DNA of 39,899 bases, from the UHGV virus genome UHGV-0045955; one strand, given 5' to 3'. Shown here piece by piece: positions 17,362 to 29,398 of the stretch; position 1 is the stretch's first letter, and every line of letters begins with the position of its first letter. The notes under the pieces are model-generated. The model had not been told where the DNA came from and ran no database searches. It was given only the letters and a program-made list of their open reading frames with translations. Source of the stretch: a virus. The translations under genes and the position numbers were made by a program.

Positions 17362-17453
17362 GCATGATTTGCTTTTTCATGGCAGCGTTGCTCGCATTTA
17401 ATGGCAACGATGCGTGGCCGTGTTTTCTGGCTGTTGGGGTGTTGATGTCATGA
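17358..17453 (+). CDS. Candidate 31-codon hydrophobic peptide between endolysin and Rz
   Basis: ATG overlaps the endolysin stop (CAATGAGC) and its TGA overlaps the Rz ATG; product [31 protein letters not shown]. Confidence 0.3.
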   Translation: MSMICFFMAALLAFNGNDAWPCFLAVGVLMS

Positions 17454-17887
17454 GTCGGTTAACCGCGATTATCTCCGCTCTGGTTATCTGCATCATCGTC
17501 TGCCTGTCATGGGCTGTTAATCATTACCGTGATAACGCCATCGCCTACAAAGACCAGCGCGATAAAGCCACATCCATCATCGCTGATATGCAGAAGCGTC
17601 AACGTGACGTAGCAGAACTCGATGCCAGATATACAAAGGAGCTTGCTGATGCTAACGCGACTATCGAAAGTCTCCGTGCTGATGTTTCTGCTGGGCGTAA
17701 GCGCCTGCAAGTCGCCGCCACCTGTGCAAAGTCAACGACCGGAGCCAGCGGCATGGGCGATGGAGAAAGCCCAAGACTTACAGCAGATGCTGAACTCAAT
17801 TATTACCGTCTCCGAAGTGGAATCGACAGGATAACCGCGCAGGTTAACTACCTGCAGGAGTACATCAGGACTCAGTGCCTGAAATAA
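17450..17887 (+). CDS. Rz: Rz i-spanin
   Basis: N-terminal TMD then coiled-coil periplasmic domain; Rz1 embedded in the +1 frame. Confidence 0.85.
   Translation: MSRLTAIISALVICIIVCLSWAVNHYRDNAIAYKDQRDKATSIIADMQKRQRDVAELDARYTKELADANATIESLRADVSAGRKRLQVAATCAKSTTGASGMGDGESPRLTADAELNYYRLRSGIDRITAQVNYLQEYIRTQCLK
17649..17834 (+). CDS. Rz1: Rz1 o-spanin (lipoprotein) embedded in Rz
   Basis: AAGGAG RBS; lipobox VSAC; proline-rich mature region. Confidence 0.7.
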   Translation: MLTRLSKVSVLMFLLGVSACKSPPPVQSQRPEPAAWAMEKAQDLQQMLNSIITVSEVESTG

Positions 17888-17918
17888 ATTTTTTTGCAAA
17901 TCACAAAGTCCATTTAAT

Positions 17919-17946
17919 GAGCCTCGCGATGCGGGGCTTTTTTATG
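17919..17946 (+). terminator. Probable intrinsic terminator after the lysis cassette
   Basis: Imperfect hairpin GCCTCGC-GAT-GCGGGGC followed by TTTTTTAT. Confidence 0.45.
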
Positions 17947-18090
17947 TCCGCAGTAAACGCGCTTCACACGCGCGACTTATGAACACAGAACCTTTCAGGA
18001 TGACCCTTGAGGATGCCGGTTTGGTGATCGGTGCCTTTCTGTGGGCCGGAATCCTGTGTGACAAGGTTCATCACTAAAAGGTGATCACTG

Positions 18091-18633
18091 ATGCATTATC
18101 CAACTATCGTTAACGGCATTGATTTCCGAGATCTGATTTTTGTGGCAAACAACGATCCGGTTACAGATTCTTTTATGGTGGCAAAAGCATTTGGAAAGCT
18201 GCCGAAGAACGTAGTTCGTGACATTGAACGAACCATAGAAGCTTGCCCTCCTGAGTTTGATACAAAGCTCAACTTTGAGCTTTGCTATAAAAACAATGAG
18301 TTACAGAATGGTAAGCCGCAAAAATTCTACCGTCTCCGCAAGGATGGGTTGATGCTTTTGGTTATGTCCTACACCAAAAAAGAAGCAATGCGTATCAAAA
18401 TTGCTTACATCAACGCATTTAACTGGATGTACGCCATGCTTCAGGTTGGTCATCGTCAATTTGAAGAAGAGAGAAATGCCGTAATGCTGGAGTACATGAA
18501 AGAGAAGGATGTTGCCAGCATGTCAGGTCGCCTGCTTAATCGCTGGGGAAAAATTAAGAAGCCTCAGCTACTGGCGAGAATTGAACGCCTTGAACAGCAC
18601 GGGCAAACCGTAATCCCCGGACTCACTAATTAA
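18091..18633 (+). CDS. Rha-family phage regulatory protein
   Basis: 180-aa ORF; N-terminal VTDSFMVAKAFGK...NVVRDIE resembles the Rha N-terminal domain. Confidence 0.55.
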   Translation: MHYPTIVNGIDFRDLIFVANNDPVTDSFMVAKAFGKLPKNVVRDIERTIEACPPEFDTKLNFELCYKNNELQNGKPQKFYRLRKDGLMLLVMSYTKKEAMRIKIAYINAFNWMYAMLQVGHRQFEEERNAVMLEYMKEKDVASMSGRLLNRWGKIKKPQLLARIERLEQHGQTVIPGLTN

Positions 18634-18791
18634 CGGCAGTACAGCGAAACAACCCAAGCCAGTAAGTGGGGAAATAACACTGGCAGCCACTGAAAGATGA
18701 ACCTCCTGCCTTATGGCAAAAAAGATTCTTTGTGGTGGCGGACTGATGGAAAGACATCCTAATCAAGCAACCACTCCACAGGGTCATAATT

Positions 18792-19148
18792 ATGAACGAC
18801 CAGCAAATCGAAAAAGAAATCGTTGAGAAAGGCAAAACCGCTCCGCGAGTTACGCTTCAATATATCGAAAGCATCATTCTTGAAGAGCATTTCTTTACTG
18901 CTTATGACGGCATTCGTGCTGCCAATATGGGCGTTGGCGATTCATGGACAGCGCATAAATCTACAGACCTCCTGACTTTCTGCGTACTGGTGCTGAAGAA
19001 TGGCTTCACCGTCACCGGAGAGAGCGCCTGTGCAAGTCCGGAAAATTTTGATGCAGAAATTGGTCGGAAGATTGCCCGGCAGAATGCTGTAAACAAAATC
19101 TGGATGCTCGAAGGTTACTTGCTGAAGCAGAAGCTAAGCGAACAGTAG
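18792..19148 (+). CDS. Hypothetical protein
   Basis: 118-aa ORF between Rha and the terminase. Confidence 0.45.
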   Translation: MNDQQIEKEIVEKGKTAPRVTLQYIESIILEEHFFTAYDGIRAANMGVGDSWTAHKSTDLLTFCVLVLKNGFTVTGESACASPENFDAEIGRKIARQNAVNKIWMLEGYLLKQKLSEQ

Positions 19149-19251
19149 TTATTACAAAAGCCATTCCCTACAGAGTGGCTTTGATAATGGCTTATACCCT
19201 ACACGGGATAACTTAACTGATATCCCTTTTAACGGATAAACGGAGCCAACA

Positions 19252-19494
19252 ATGGCAGAGATTATTCCCATGACTGAAGAACAGAAATTCAAGTTAGAAA
19301 TTTACCGACTGCTATCTAAGAACAATTCAGCGGCAGAGGAAGCTTTTGCATTCATTAGTGCCGACCAACTGAAACTGGAATTGTTCAAGTTGCACTACAA
19401 CGATGGCGGTGCAAATCCAGACTTCACATCTCGCACTATCGAAGCGGTGCGTAAATCGAAGGAAGCGTTAGACCTGTTCACTACCGGAGCATGA
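19252..19494 (+). CDS. Hypothetical protein
   Basis: 80-aa ORF. Confidence 0.45.
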   Translation: MAEIIPMTEEQKFKLEIYRLLSKNNSAAEEAFAFISADQLKLELFKLHYNDGGANPDFTSRTIEAVRKSKEALDLFTTGA

Positions 19495-19495
19495 T

Positions 19496-19675
19496 GTGAG
19501 CCGCGTAATCAATTTGGGTAAGGAGAAGAAATTCCCAATTACTCAAGAGCTATACGAGCGGATGGAAAGCGTCATCCATGATTACGATGGTGAAATCAGT
19601 TTATGCGAGGCGATTGGCACACTCGAATTGCTGAAGCAGTCATTGATTGAAAGCACGAAAGAGTCCTCAACCTGA
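19496..19675 (+). CDS. Small hypothetical protein (59 aa, GTG start)
   Basis: ORF begins 1 nt after the upstream stop; below the ORF-track length cut-off. Confidence 0.25.
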   Translation: MSRVINLGKEKKFPITQELYERMESVIHDYDGEISLCEAIGTLELLKQSLIESTKESST

Positions 19676-19698
19676 AATGACAATTAAGTGAGATGAAT

Positions 19699-20187
19699 AT
19701 GGCGGCACCAAAGGGCAACCGATTTTGGGAGGCCCGCAGTAGTCATGGGCGAAATCCTAAATTCGAATCGCCTGAGGCGCTGTGGGCTGCTTGTTGTGAA
19801 TACTTCGAGTGGGTAGAAGCTAACCCGCTATGGGAGATGAAGGCGTTCTCGTATCAGGGTGAAGTGATACAAGAGCCTATCGCCAAGATGCGAGCGATGA
19901 CCATTACCGGCCTCACTCTGTTCATTGATGTGACGCTTGAAACATGGCGCACATATCGCCTGCGAGAAGATTTATCTGAAGTCGTTACGCGAGCAGAACA
20001 GGTCATCTACGACCAGAAATTTTCTGGCGCAGCCGCTGACCTTCTCAATGCTAACATCATCGCCCGTGATTTGGGCCTCAAAGAGCAGTCGCAAGTTGAA
20101 GACGTGACACCTGATAAGGGAGATCGCGATAAGCGACGCTCTCGTATCAAGGAGCTATTCAACCGTGGAACTGGACGCGATTCTTGA
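19699..20187 (+). CDS. 3: Terminase small subunit (P22 gp3 type)
   Basis: 162-aa product [29 protein letters not shown]..., matching P22 gp3 by recall. Confidence 0.85.
   Translation: MAAPKGNRFWEARSSHGRNPKFESPEALWAACCEYFEWVEANPLWEMKAFSYQGEVIQEPIAKMRAMTITGLTLFIDVTLETWRTYRLREDLSEVVTRAEQVIYDQKFSGAAADLLNANIIARDLGLKEQSQVEDVTPDKGDRDKRRSRIKELFNRGTGRDS
19966..19987 (+). promoter_or_regulatory. Candidate pac site inside gene 3
   Basis: GAAGATTTATCTGAAGTCGTTA, matching the P22 pac sequence as recalled. Confidence 0.5.
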
Positions 20188-21664
20188 TAACCTGAGCGAC
20201 GAAGAGCAAATCGAATTGCTCGAGCTACTCGAAGAAGAAGAGAGCTACCGGAACACACACCTGCTATATGAATTTACGCCATACAGCAAACAGCGTGAGT
20301 TCATCGACGCCGGGCATGACTATCCAGAGCGATGTTTTATGGCTGGTAACCAGCTTGGTAAGTCATTTACTGGTGCTGCTGAAGTCGCGTTTCACCTTAC
20401 CGGGCGTTATCCGGGCACAAAAGGCTATCCTGCTGATGGTAAATATGGCGGTGAGGGGGAAGGTAAGCGTTTCTATGAGCCTGTTGTCTTCTGGATGGGT
20501 GGCGAGACAAACGAGACTGTAACCAAAACGACTCAACGCATCCTGTGCGGTCGTATCGAAGAGAATGGTGAACCTGGCTACGGTTCCATACCGAAAGAAG
20601 ACATCATTAGCTGGAAGAAGTCTCCTTTCTTTCCGAACCTTGTTGATCATCTTCTGGTTAAGCATCACACGGCTGATGGCGTTGAAGATGGCATTTCAAT
20701 CTGCTACTTCAAGCCATACTCGCAAGGCCGTGCTCGCTGGCAGGGTGACACAATCCACGGCGTGTGGGTTGACGAAGAACCACCATACAGCATTTATGGC
20801 GAAGGCCTTACCCGTACCAACAAATACGGGCAATTCTCAATTCTGACGTTTACCCCGCTGATGGGGATGTCTGACGTTGTTACCAAGTTCCTGAAGAATC
20901 CCAGCAAGTCGCAGAAAGTGGTCAACATGACCATCTACGACGCTGAGCACTACACCGACGAGCAGAAAGAGCAAATCATCGCATCCTATCCCGAGCATGA
21001 GAGAGAGGCGCGTGCTCGCGGGATTCCTACGATGGGTAGTGGTCGAATCTTCCAGATACCTGAAGAGACGATTAAGTGTCAGCCGTTCGAGTGTCCTGAT
21101 CACTTCTACGTAATTGGCGGGATGGATTTCGGATGGGATCACCCACAGGCGCAGGTTCAGCTTTGGTGGGATAAGGACGCAGACATAATCTACCTTTCAC
21201 GCGTGTGGAAGGCGAAAGAAAAGACAGCCGTTCAGGCGTGGGGAGCCGTTAAACCATGGGCGCATAAAGTGCCAACCGCATGGCCCCATGACGGAAACCA
21301 GCACGAGAAGGGCGGCGGTGAGCAGCTCAAAGGGCAGTATGCGGACGCTGGATTTATGATGTTGCAGGAGCATGCGACATGGCCTGATGGCGGTAATGCT
21401 GTTGAGCCTGGAATCACTGAATTGCGCGACATGATGCTAGATGGTCGCTTCAAGGTATTCAACACCTGTGAACCATTCTTTGAGGAATTCCGCCTCTATC
21501 ACCGTGATGAAAACGGGAAGATCGTCAAGCTTAACGACGACGTTCTCTCAGCCGTTCGCTATGCATACATGATGCGCCGCTTCGCCAAAATGATGCGCGA
21601 CATCAAAAAACCAAAAGAGAAAAAGATACCAGCCCCAATCAGGCCCATCGCACGGAGAACTTAA
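20165..21664 (+). CDS. 2: Terminase large subunit (P22 gp2 type)
   Basis: 499-aa ORF with ATPase and nuclease regions. Confidence 0.95.
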   Translation: MELDAILDNLSDEEQIELLELLEEEESYRNTHLLYEFTPYSKQREFIDAGHDYPERCFMAGNQLGKSFTGAAEVAFHLTGRYPGTKGYPADGKYGGEGEGKRFYEPVVFWMGGETNETVTKTTQRILCGRIEENGEPGYGSIPKEDIISWKKSPFFPNLVDHLLVKHHTADGVEDGISICYFKPYSQGRARWQGDTIHGVWVDEEPPYSIYGEGLTRTNKYGQFSILTFTPLMGMSDVVTKFLKNPSKSQKVVNMTIYDAEHYTDEQKEQIIASYPEHEREARARGIPTMGSGRIFQIPEETIKCQPFECPDHFYVIGGMDFGWDHPQAQVQLWWDKDADIIYLSRVWKAKEKTAVQAWGAVKPWAHKVPTAWPHDGNQHEKGGGEQLKGQYADAGFMMLQEHATWPDGGNAVEPGITELRDMMLDGRFKVFNTCEPFFEEFRLYHRDENGKIVKLNDDVLSAVRYAYMMRRFAKMMRDIKKPKEKKIPAPIRPIARRT

Positions 21665-23830
21665 ATGGCCGACGAAAACAGACTCAATTCCATTCTGTGT
21701 AAGTTTGACGCGGACTGGATGGCGAGCGATGAAGCCAGAACCGAGGCGACAAATGACCTGTATTTTAGCCGAGTGTCGCAATGGGATGACTGGCTATCAA
21801 ACTACACCACCCTGCAATATCGCGGACAATTCGATGTTGTCCGCCCGGTGGTCAGGAAGCTGGTCGCAGAGATGCGCCGTAACCCTATCGACGTTCTCTT
21901 CAGACCAAAAGACGGCGCTAATCCTGATGCTGCCGATGTGTTGATGGGAATGTATCGTACTGATATGCGCCATAACACGGCAAAGATTGCCGTTAACGTT
22001 GGCGTTCGTGAGCAGATAGAGTCCGGCGTTGGTGCATGGCGTCTGGTCACACAGTACGAAGACAACGATCCAACAAGCAACAATCAGGTAATCAGACGCC
22101 TGCCAATCCATGAAGCCTGCTCACACGTCATATGGGACGCCAACAGCAAGCAGATGGATAAGAGCGACGCTAAGCATTGCACGGTGATTAACGCTTTGTC
22201 ACGCAATGGCTGGAAAGAGTTCGCAGAGGATTACGGTATTGATCCTGACACCCTGCCATCTTTCCAGAATCCGAACGACACATGGCTGTTTCCGTGGGTA
22301 TCGAATGATGTCGTCTACGTCGCTGAGTATTACGAGGTAGAAGAGAAGAAGGAGAAAGTCTTCATCTACCGCGACCCGCTGACAGGTGAGCCGGTCAGCT
22401 ATTACCAGCAGGATATTAAAGACGTTATCGACGACCTGGCTAATCGTGGATTCATTAAGGTAGCAGAGCGTAAGGTGAAGCGTCGGCGTGTGTATAAGTC
22501 GATCGTCACCTGTACACAGATACTGAAAGACCGCGAGAAGATAGCCGGAGAGCATATTCCAATCGTTCCAGTGTATGGCGAATGGTCATTCGCTGGTGAC
22601 AAGGAGTGCTACGAAGGAGTGGTAAGGCTGACGAAAGACGGTCAACGCCTTCGTAACATGATCATGTCATTCAACGCCGATATTGTTGCTCGTTCACCGA
22701 AGAAGAAACCGACCTTCTTCCCTGAGCAAATCGAAGGCTACGAATACATGTACGGTGGAAATGATGACTATCCGTACTATCTGCAGAACAGGACCGATGA
22801 AAACGGTAACGACCTGCCGATTGGTCCAATCTCCTACATGGAAAACCCTGAAGTGCCGCAAGCCAACGCTTACATGCTTGAGGCTGCCACCAACGCAGTG
22901 AAAGAGGTGGCTAGTCTTGGCGTGGATGCGCAGGCAGCAAACTCTCAGGTCGCTTTCGATACCGTCAATCAACTGAACATGCGGGCAGACCTTGAGACAT
23001 ACGTGTTTCAGGATAACCTGGCTACCGCAATGCGACGTGATGGCGAGATTTATGCCTCAATGGTCAACGATATTTATGACGTTCCTCGCCATGTAACGCT
23101 GACACTTGAAGATGGTAGCGAGAAAGACGTTCAACTCTACGCGCAAGTTGTCGATTACCAGTCCGGCAATGTGGTCACACTCAACGATATTCGCGGTCGC
23201 TATGAGTGCTATACAGACGTCGGACCATCCTTCCAGAGCATGAAGGAACAGAATCGCGCAGAGATTCAGGAGTTGCTAACCAAGGTTCCGCAAGGTACTC
23301 CAGAGTTCCAGATGCTGATGCTGCAATACTTCACGCTGCTTGACGGTAAAGGCGTCGAGATGATGCGAGAGTACGCGAACAAGCAACTGGTGATGATGGG
23401 GCTGAAGAAACCAGAAACACCTGAAGAGATGGAGATGGTACAGCAGGCTCAACAGCAGCCGCAGCAGCCATCAGCAGAGCAAATTCAGGCGCAGGGTATC
23501 CTTCTGCAAGGTCAGGCTGAATTGCTCAAGGCAGAGAACCAACAGGCGCAGATTCAGGTTGAAGCCGCCAAGGTTGAAGCCCAAAACCAACTCAACGCCG
23601 CGAAGATTGCAGAAATCTTCAACAATATGGACCTCGACAAGCAGGCAGAACTGCGTGAGTACCTCAAGCTAGTAGGTCAATTCCAGCAACAGCGCAGCAA
23701 AGATGCTCGTGCTAACGCTGAGCTGCTTCTTAAAGATGCAGACCAGACTCATTCACAACGCATGGATTTCGCGAATCTTATGCGTCAAGTTCAAATCCCC
23801 TCCGGCGGAGTAGCCGAGACACCTCAATAA
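21665..23830 (+). CDS. 1: Portal protein (P22 gp1 type) with long C-terminal Gln-rich helical segment
   Basis: 721-aa ORF immediately after the terminase. Confidence 0.95.
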   Translation: MADENRLNSILCKFDADWMASDEARTEATNDLYFSRVSQWDDWLSNYTTLQYRGQFDVVRPVVRKLVAEMRRNPIDVLFRPKDGANPDAADVLMGMYRTDMRHNTAKIAVNVGVREQIESGVGAWRLVTQYEDNDPTSNNQVIRRLPIHEACSHVIWDANSKQMDKSDAKHCTVINALSRNGWKEFAEDYGIDPDTLPSFQNPNDTWLFPWVSNDVVYVAEYYEVEEKKEKVFIYRDPLTGEPVSYYQQDIKDVIDDLANRGFIKVAERKVKRRRVYKSIVTCTQILKDREKIAGEHIPIVPVYGEWSFAGDKECYEGVVRLTKDGQRLRNMIMSFNADIVARSPKKKPTFFPEQIEGYEYMYGGNDDYPYYLQNRTDENGNDLPIGPISYMENPEVPQANAYMLEAATNAVKEVASLGVDAQAANSQVAFDTVNQLNMRADLETYVFQDNLATAMRRDGEIYASMVNDIYDVPRHVTLTLEDGSEKDVQLYAQVVDYQSGNVVTLNDIRGRYECYTDVGPSFQSMKEQNRAEIQELLTKVPQGTPEFQMLMLQYFTLLDGKGVEMMREYANKQLVMMGLKKPETPEEMEMVQQAQQQPQQPSAEQIQAQGILLQGQAELLKAENQQAQIQVEAAKVEAQNQLNAAKIAEIFNNMDLDKQAELREYLKLVGQFQQQRSKDARANAELLLKDADQTHSQRMDFANLMRQVQIPSGGVAETPQ

Positions 23831-23843
23831 GAGAGAGTTAATC

Positions 23844-24755
23844 ATGGACCAAACCACCGACATTCAGGCTTCTGAAGAATTAACCCTGCCCGGCAATCAT
23901 GCAGCGGCATCTGCTGATGGCTTAGTTGTCGATAATGCCAACGACAACGCAGGTCAGGAAGAAGGCTTCGAGATTGTCCTGAAAGACGATGAGAAACCAA
24001 AACAAGACCCGGCAACTAATGCTGAATTTGCCCGTCGCCGCATCGAACGCAAACGCCAGCGTGAGCTTGAGCAGCAGATGGAAGCGGTTAAGCGTGGAGA
24101 GTTGCCGGAGCACCTGCGGGTGAACCCTGAGTTACCAAAACAACCAGACCCTAACGATTATCTTTCCGAAGATGCACTGGCTAAGTACGACTATGACCAG
24201 AGCCGCGCACTGGCTGCCTTCCAGCAGGCAAACAGTGAATGGCAGATCAAGGCTATGGACGCACGAAGCCAGGCTGTCGCCGAGCAGGGTCGCAAAACTC
24301 AGGAGTTCACCCAGCAATCAGCGCAATACGTCGAGGCAGCCCGTAAGCACTACGACGCAGCGGAAAAGCTCAATATCCCTGACTATCAGGAGAAAGAGGA
24401 TGCATTCATGCAACTGGTGCCGCCAGCAGTCGGTGCCGACATCATGCGCCTCTTCCCGGAGAAATCCGCTGCTCTCATGTATCACCTTGGTGCTAATCCT
24501 GAAAAAACACGCCAGTTGCTGGCGATGGACGGGCAATCCGCGCTGATTGAACTCACTCGACTGTCAGAACGTTTAACTCTCAAGCCTCGAGCCAAGCCTG
24601 TTTCAGAAGCCCCGTTACCTGATGAACCAATTCAGGGACACGCTGTTGCTGCAAATATCTCTGCGATTGAAAAGCAGATGGAAGCGGCAGCAAACAAAGG
24701 GGATGTAGAGACGTACCGCAAGCTCAAGGCGCAACTGAATAAAGGAATTCGATAA
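23844..24755 (+). CDS. 8: Scaffolding protein (P22 gp8 type)
   Basis: 303-aa ORF; charged helical composition. Confidence 0.9.
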   Translation: MDQTTDIQASEELTLPGNHAAASADGLVVDNANDNAGQEEGFEIVLKDDEKPKQDPATNAEFARRRIERKRQRELEQQMEAVKRGELPEHLRVNPELPKQPDPNDYLSEDALAKYDYDQSRALAAFQQANSEWQIKAMDARSQAVAEQGRKTQEFTQQSAQYVEAARKHYDAAEKLNIPDYQEKEDAFMQLVPPAVGADIMRLFPEKSAALMYHLGANPEKTRQLLAMDGQSALIELTRLSERLTLKPRAKPVSEAPLPDEPIQGHAVAANISAIEKQMEAAANKGDVETYRKLKAQLNKGIR

Positions 24756-26050
24756 TGGCATTAAATGAAGGTCAACTGGTCACGTATGCTCTGGATGAAA
24801 TCATCGAAACCGTCCAGAATCTGACGCCAATGGCGTCCAAAGTGACAAAATACACCCCTCCGGCAGAATCCATGCAGCGTTCAAGCAACACCGTGTGGAT
24901 GCCTGTTGAGCAGGAAGCGCCAACCCAGACTGGCTGGGATTTAACTGGCAACGCAACTGGGATTCTGGAACTCTCCGTGAAATGCAACATGGGCGATCCG
25001 GATAACGATTTCTTCGAGCTTCGTGCAGATGACCTGCGTGATGAGCGTTCTTACCGTCGCCGCATCCAGGCATCCGCTAAAAAACTGGCGAATAACATTG
25101 AGTCAGCAATTGCCAAACAGGCAACTGAAATGGGCTCACTTGTTGTTCACGATACCCGCGCAATTGGTCCATCTACTGGCCTGTCTGGCTGGGATTTTGT
25201 GTCTGATGCAGAGCGCCTGATGTTCTCCCGCGAACTCAACCGCGACATGGGCATCAGTTACTTCCTGAACCCTGACGATTACCGCAAAGCAGGCCGCAAC
25301 CTGGTAGATGGTGACATCTTCGGTCGCGTTCCTGAAGAAGCGTATCGCAACGGTACTATTCAGCGTCAGATTGCTGGCTTTGATGAAATTCTTCGCTCAC
25401 CGAAACTTCCGGCAGTTACCAAGTCAACCGCTACTGGTGTAACTGTTTCTGGTGCGCAGAAGTTTAAGCCGCAGGCATACACCCTTGATACCGATGGTAA
25501 CAAAGAGAACGTCGACAACCGTGTTGCAACGGTGACCGTATCCTCCACCACCGGATTTAAGCGCGGCGACAAAATCAGTTTCACTGGTGTGAAATTCCTG
25601 TCTCAGATGGCGAAGAACGTGCTAACTGATGATGCGACTTTCTCAATCACCCGTGTGATCGATGGTACTCACATCGAAATCACGCCGAAACCGATTGCAC
25701 TGGATGACGCGTCACTGACAAAAGAAGAGAAGGCTTACGCTAACGTAAACACCTCTCTTGCTGATACCACTCCGGTAAACGTTCTGAACGTGGCAACAAC
25801 CACCGCTAATGTGTTCTGGGCTGATGACTCAATCCGTCTGCTGTCTCAGCCGATCCCGGTAACCCATGAACTGTTTGCTGGCATGAAAACGTCTTCCTTC
25901 AGCATTCCTGGTATTGGTGTTAACGGCATCTTCGCAACGCAGGGTGATATCAACACTCTGTCTGGTAAGTGCCGTATTGCTGTGTGGTATTCAGCATGTG
26001 CTGTACGACCAGAGGCAATTGGTGTTGGTCTTCCTAACCAGACCGCGTGA
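24755..26050 (+). CDS. 5: Major coat protein (P22 gp5 type)
   Basis: 431-aa ORF matching P22 coat by recall. Confidence 0.95.
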   Translation: MALNEGQLVTYALDEIIETVQNLTPMASKVTKYTPPAESMQRSSNTVWMPVEQEAPTQTGWDLTGNATGILELSVKCNMGDPDNDFFELRADDLRDERSYRRRIQASAKKLANNIESAIAKQATEMGSLVVHDTRAIGPSTGLSGWDFVSDAERLMFSRELNRDMGISYFLNPDDYRKAGRNLVDGDIFGRVPEEAYRNGTIQRQIAGFDEILRSPKLPAVTKSTATGVTVSGAQKFKPQAYTLDTDGNKENVDNRVATVTVSSTTGFKRGDKISFTGVKFLSQMAKNVLTDDATFSITRVIDGTHIEITPKPIALDDASLTKEEKAYANVNTSLADTTPVNVLNVATTTANVFWADDSIRLLSQPIPVTHELFAGMKTSSFSIPGIGVNGIFATQGDINTLSGKCRIAVWYSACAVRPEAIGVGLPNQTA

Positions 26051-26058
26051 TAACCAGA

Positions 26059-26080
26059 GGGAGCTTCGGCTCCCTTTTTT
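26059..26080 (+). terminator. Rho-independent terminator after the coat gene
   Basis: Perfect hairpin GGGAGC-TTCG-GCTCCC followed by TTTTTT. Confidence 0.8.
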
Positions 26081-26094
26081 ATCTGGAGACAAGC

Positions 26095-26343
26095 ATGACA
26101 CACATGATCTTTCGTCATGGCGACATGAAGAAGTGGAAAGGCGTTGGATACGACTTTGAAATCGTGAAAGCCGAAGAGCTTCAGGAATATCTGGATGCTG
26201 GTTGGTTTTCACATCCTGATGACCTTTTGAAGGATGTTGCAGATCCAGAGCCAGATCCAAAGCCAGAGCCAGAAGAAAAACAGCGTAAAAAGCCTGGTCG
26301 AAAACCTAAGGCGGCAGCAGATGAACCTGACAACGAAGGGTGA
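26095..26343 (+). CDS. Small hypothetical protein with Pro/Glu/Lys-rich C-terminal tail
   Basis: 82-aa ORF from ATG with GGAGA RBS; tail [22 protein letters not shown]. Confidence 0.5.
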   Translation: MTHMIFRHGDMKKWKGVGYDFEIVKAEELQEYLDAGWFSHPDDLLKDVADPEPDPKPEPEEKQRKKPGRKPKAAADEPDNEG

Positions 26344-26821
26344 TTTAGTTCTTGCGGCATTACGTAAGCTCGGTGTGGCATCAAATGCCACGTTAACTGA
26401 TGTCGAACCGCAGTCCATGGAAGACGGCGTCAATGACCTTGAAATGATGATGGCTGAATGGCTTGGCGGTGATGTGTCACCTGGTATCAACGTTGGCTAC
26501 ATTTTCGCTGATGCAGATGTCGCTCCAGATCCGGGCGATGAGCACGGTTTATCAAATAACGCTATCAATGCTGTCATTTTCAACCTTGCCTGCCGCATTG
26601 CACCGGATTATGCGCTGGAAGCGCCTGCAAAACTTATAACCACTGCCAGATACGGGAAAGAGCGACTCGTCAAACTGTCTGCAATGGACAGAGCAAAAGC
26701 CGCTAAATGTAAGTCCGGTTATCCAAACCTTATGCCTGTTGGTAGTGGTAATCAGTTGGCGAAGTGGAACGGTTGGAATTACTTCCACCGGAAGGAACCT
26801 TGCGATAACGGGAGCGAATAA
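26321..26821 (+). CDS. 4: Head completion / tail adaptor protein (P22 gp4 type)
   Basis: 166-aa product from internal ATG; [16 protein letters not shown]... resembles gp4. Confidence 0.8.
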   Translation: MNLTTKGDLVLAALRKLGVASNATLTDVEPQSMEDGVNDLEMMMAEWLGGDVSPGINVGYIFADADVAPDPGDEHGLSNNAINAVIFNLACRIAPDYALEAPAKLITTARYGKERLVKLSAMDRAKAAKCKSGYPNLMPVGSGNQLAKWNGWNYFHRKEPCDNGSE

Positions 26822-28240
26822 ATGCCGATTCAGCAACTTCCGCTTATGAAAGGTGTCGGCAAAGACTTCCGAAATGCCGACTATATCGACTATCTGCCAG
26901 TGAATATGTTGGCTACACCCAAAGAAATACTGAACAGCAGCGGATATCTTCGCTCATTCCCTGGCATTGCCAAACGCTCTGATGTGAACGGTGTATCTCG
27001 CGGCGTCGAGTACAACATGGCGCAGAATGCTGTTTATCGTGTGTGTGGCGGCAAGCTCTACAAAGGAGAAAGTGAAGTCGGTGATGTTTCAGGAAGTGGT
27101 CGTGTATCAATGGCGCATGGCCGGACATCACAGGCGGTAGGCGTTAATGGTCAACTGGTAGAGTATCGCTATGATGGCACGGTTAAAACCGTCTCAAACT
27201 GGCCTACTGATAGCGGATTCACTCAGTATGAGTTAGGCTCGGTCCGCGACATTACGCGCTTACGTGGGCGTTATGCGTGGTCAAAAGACGGAACTGATTC
27301 ATGGTTTATCACTGACCTTGAAGACGAATCGCATCCTGACCGATACAGTGCACAATATCGCGCAGAATCGCAGCCGGACGGCATCATCGGTATCGGGACA
27401 TGGCGAGACTTCATCGTCTGCTTTGGTTCATCGACTATTGAATATTTCTCCCTTACTGGAGCAACCACCGTTGGTGCTGCTTTGTATGTCGCACAGCCAT
27501 CACTGATGGTGCAAAAAGGCATCGCCGGGACTTACTGCAAAACGCCGTTTGCTGATTCCTATGCGTTTATCAGCAATCCGGCAACAGGTGCGCCGTCTGT
27601 ATACATCATCGGATCCGGTCAGGTGTCACCAATCGCCAGCGCGAGCATTGAGAAAATCCTCCGCTCCTACACTGCTGATGAACTGGCTGATGGTGTGATG
27701 GAATCGTTGCGCTTTGATGCTCATGAGTTGCTGATTATCCACCTGCCGCGCCATGTTCTTGTTTACGACGCATCTTCAAGCGCCAATGGCCCACAATGGT
27801 GTGTGCTGAAAACTGGACTGTATGACGATGTGTACCGCGCTATCGACTTCATTTACGAAGGCAATCAGATAACGTGCGGCGATAAACTGGAACCCGTGAC
27901 CGGGAAATTGCAATTCGACATCAGCAGCCAGTACGACAAGCAACAGGAACACTTGCTGTTTACTCCACTGTTCAAAGCGGATAATGCCAGGGTGTTTGAC
28001 CTTGAGGTTGAATCGTCAACTGGCGTTGCGCAGTACGCCGACCGACTGTTCCTATCGGTAACCACTGACGGCATTAATTACGGACGTGAGCAGATGATTG
28101 AGCAGAATGAACCGTTCGTTTACGACAAACGCGTTTTGTGGAAACGAGTAGGGCGCGTCAGGAAAAATGTCGGCTTCAAATTGCGCGTTATCACGAAGTC
28201 ACCTATCACTTTGTCTGGTTGCCAGGTAAGGATTGAGTAA
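26822..28240 (+). CDS. 10: Tail hub protein (P22 gp10 type)
   Basis: 472-aa ORF in conserved order. Confidence 0.9.
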   Translation: MPIQQLPLMKGVGKDFRNADYIDYLPVNMLATPKEILNSSGYLRSFPGIAKRSDVNGVSRGVEYNMAQNAVYRVCGGKLYKGESEVGDVSGSGRVSMAHGRTSQAVGVNGQLVEYRYDGTVKTVSNWPTDSGFTQYELGSVRDITRLRGRYAWSKDGTDSWFITDLEDESHPDRYSAQYRAESQPDGIIGIGTWRDFIVCFGSSTIEYFSLTGATTVGAALYVAQPSLMVQKGIAGTYCKTPFADSYAFISNPATGAPSVYIIGSGQVSPIASASIEKILRSYTADELADGVMESLRFDAHELLIIHLPRHVLVYDASSSANGPQWCVLKTGLYDDVYRAIDFIYEGNQITCGDKLEPVTGKLQFDISSQYDKQQEHLLFTPLFKADNARVFDLEVESSTGVAQYADRLFLSVTTDGINYGREQMIEQNEPFVYDKRVLWKRVGRVRKNVGFKLRVITKSPITLSGCQVRIE

Positions 28241-28941
28241 TGGCTGATTCAAATCTCAACACACCTGTTATTGTACAGGCGACGCGGCTCGATACATCAA
28301 TCCTTCCACGCAATATATTCAGCCAGTCTTACCTGCTGTATGTCATTAATCAGGGGGCTGATGTCGGCGCAATTGCCGGGAAGGCAAATCAGGCTGGTCA
28401 GGGCGCTTACGATGCCCAGGTAAAAAACGATGAACAGGATGTCGAACTGGCTGAGCACGACGCAAGAATCACCGCAAACACAAAAGCGATAAATCTACTT
28501 GAGGTCAGGTTAACAACTGCCGAAGGGAAGATAGTCGTACTGCGTAGCGATGTTGATTACTTGCTGGATGAGGTTATCGATATTCAGGCGCATCTGGTCA
28601 CTGTTGACCAAAGACTGGATGACGTAGAAAACGATGTCTCTGGCATTAAGAGTGATTACGTATCGAAAACCGTAACCGAATCGCAGTCTCTTGCGTCACC
28701 GCTGGATGTAAAAACATCATATTCAGTTGATGGCATTCAGGTTGTTGGAGCAAGAAATACCGGATGGACTGCAGCCACAGGTACGCCACTTCTTGGCTCA
28801 TTCAACGCTAACCAGTCATACACTGTCGGCACTACGTACGCACAATCCGAAGTCGCAGATCTCGCTACAGGTTTGCAGCAGTCGCGGCAGCGTATTCTGG
28901 CGCTTGAAACAGCACTTAGATTACATGGGCTGATTGACTGA
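28240..28941 (+). CDS. 26: Tail needle (P22 gp26 type), trimeric coiled coil
   Basis: 233-aa ORF; heptad-rich central region. Confidence 0.9.
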   Translation: MADSNLNTPVIVQATRLDTSILPRNIFSQSYLLYVINQGADVGAIAGKANQAGQGAYDAQVKNDEQDVELAEHDARITANTKAINLLEVRLTTAEGKIVVLRSDVDYLLDEVIDIQAHLVTVDQRLDDVENDVSGIKSDYVSKTVTESQSLASPLDVKTSYSVDGIQVVGARNTGWTAATGTPLLGSFNANQSYTVGTTYAQSEVADLATGLQQSRQRILALETALRLHGLID

Positions 28942-29396
28942 TGATTACATTCAAACCAACGCGAAACATCGACCTGATAGAAGCCGTGGGAAATCACCCC
29001 GACATTATCGCCGGGAGCAACAACGGTGATGGATACGACTACAAGCCTGAATGCCGTTACTTTGAGGTTAACGTGCACGGTCAGTTTGGCGGCATTGTTT
29101 ACTATCAGGAGATTCAGCCGCTGACATTCGATTGCCACGCCATGTACCTGCCAGAGGTTCGCGGCTTCAGCAAGGAAATCGGTCTGGCGTTCTGGCGATA
29201 CATTCTGACTAACACCACCGTTCAGTGCGTCACATCGTTCGCTGCGCGCAAATTCCGCCACGGGCAGATGTACTGCGCAATGATTGGCCTTAAGCGTGTA
29301 GGAACTATCAAGAAATACTTCAAAGGCGTGGATGACGTGACGTTTTACAGCGCCACACGTGAAGAACTAATCGACTTCCTGAATAACGGGAGATAG
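28941..29396 (+). CDS. 14: gp14-type head/ejection-associated protein
   Basis: 151-aa ORF in conserved position. Confidence 0.8.
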   Translation: MITFKPTRNIDLIEAVGNHPDIIAGSNNGDGYDYKPECRYFEVNVHGQFGGIVYYQEIQPLTFDCHAMYLPEVRGFSKEIGLAFWRYILTNTTVQCVTSFAARKFRHGQMYCAMIGLKRVGTIKKYFKGVDDVTFYSATREELIDFLNNGR

Positions 29397-29398
29397 CC

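Noticed and set aside
21797-22972. Antisense ORFs inside the portal gene (21797-22111, 21802-22083, 22199-22555, 22402-22602, 22694-22972)
   Set aside because: Fully embedded opposite a well-supported structural gene, with no RBS or homology; typical spurious antisense frames.
28737-29261. 174-aa minus-strand ORF overlapping gp26 and gp14
   Set aside because: Antisense to two conserved structural genes; no start context; likely spurious.
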